Shown: positions 63,501 to 64,000 of the stretch, piece after piece
Layout: every line of letters begins with the position of its first letter
Position numbering within the stretch: position 1 is the first letter of the stretch
NCBI RefSeq assembly: GCF_036321535.1
Contig: NC_087436.1
Span: 2,480,001-2,544,000 of the forward strand
From: Camelus dromedarius
Lineage: Eukaryota
Length of the DNA: 64,000 nucleotides
Direction: 5' to 3'
Notes under the pieces: model-generated
Told to the model about the DNA's origin: nothing
What the model saw: only the letters and a program-made list of their open reading frames with translations
Databases searched by the model: none
Made by a program: the position numbers and the translations under genes

Positions 63501-64000
63501 AAGTACGGCTTTCACACACACTTATCTCTCAGAACTGAGCATGTGGAGAGACGTTTGTTCATCTAGCACAAACGGAACGGTTTGAAGGTTAAACTTTTAC
63601 TCATTTTTTTCACTCTGTTTCCTAGTGCCGGTTTGAAGTTCCTGCAGTTTTCACTGTAAAACCGAGTTGAAGCTAGTACCTCCCCATATATATATATGGA
63701 GTGGATTTTGCAACTGAAAAGAAACTTTGTGTTCCCAACAAGCTAGGTGAAGGAAGGCTTTCACACACACTTATCTCTCACAACTGAGCATGTGGAGAGA
63801 CGTTCGTTCATCTAGCACAAAGGGAACGGGTGGCATTAGAAAATTTTACTCTGGTTTCTCATTCTTTTTCCTAGTGCAGGTTTGAAGTTCCTGCAGTTTT
63901 CACTGTAAAAATGAGTTGGAGCTAGTACCTCCCCATAATTATGTATGGAGTGGAGTTTCCAACTGAAAAGAAACTTTGTGTTCCCAACAAGGAAGTTGAA
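55340..64000. repeat. 14-monomer HOR (3484 bp), two copies, followed by a copy offset by 13 monomers (3235 bp) that is cut by the window end
   Basis: ORFs at 57591/61075 and 58337/61821 (offset 3484). ACATCCCTAT at 56461/59945/63180 (3484, 3235). The private variant CCCCACATATATG is at ~56714/~60198/~63433. Confidence 0.9.

Larger units (their letters stand above)
1..64000. repeat. Tandem satellite DNA array, ~249-bp monomer, ~257 head-to-tail copies in one orientation, probably (peri)centromeric; both ends run off the window
   Basis: TCCCCATATATATGTATGGAGTG starts at 1 and again at 250, and the same monomer continues to 64000. Consensus: TCCCCATATATATGTATGGAGTGGAGTTTGCAACTGAAAAGAAACTTTGTGTTCCCAACAAGCTAGGTGAAGGACGGCTTTCACACACACTTATCTCTCAGAACTGAGCATGTGGAGAGACGTTCGTTCATCTAGCACAAAGGGAACGGGTTGCAGGAGAAACTTTTACTCTGGTTTCTCAGTCTGTTTCCTAGTGCCGGTTTGAAGTTCCTGCAGTTTTCACTGTAAAACCGAGTTGGAGCTAGTACC. 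It carries one PstI site (CTGCAG) per monomer. The centromeric role is inferred from array type only. Confidence 0.99.

Noticed and set aside
1..64000. CRISPR-like or other repeat-spacer array
   Set aside because: There are no unique spacers. The entire 249 bp is repeated, and no cas or other genes are present.

Overview
The whole 64 kb window is one uninterrupted, head-to-tail satellite DNA array in a single orientation. The monomer is about 249 bp (about 45% GC by hand count of the consensus), giving about 257 copies. It looks like eukaryotic centromeric or pericentromeric satellite, but I cannot assign the species or family from the sequence alone. I see no genes, transposons, inversions or unique sequence, and all listed ORFs are chance reading frames of the monomer. 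The real structure lies in the monomer variants, which define nested, locally changing higher-order repeats (HORs). These are a 12/13-mer domain with a recent 8-mer duplication (1-10.7 kb), a ~26-28-mer domain with 15/16-mer and ~84-86-mer duplications (10.7-42 kb), and 9/10-mer, 4-mer, 11-mer, 14-mer and 13-mer units (44.6-64 kb). Most of the 12-64 kb region is built on a recurring ancestral tetramer. Other observations are in-register whole-monomer indels that leave chimeric monomers, an apparent excess of G:C>T:A variants, degenerate ~41/83-bp internal sub-repeats, many short dyad symmetries and no canonical CENP-B box. I found no evidence of a novel gene-based system.
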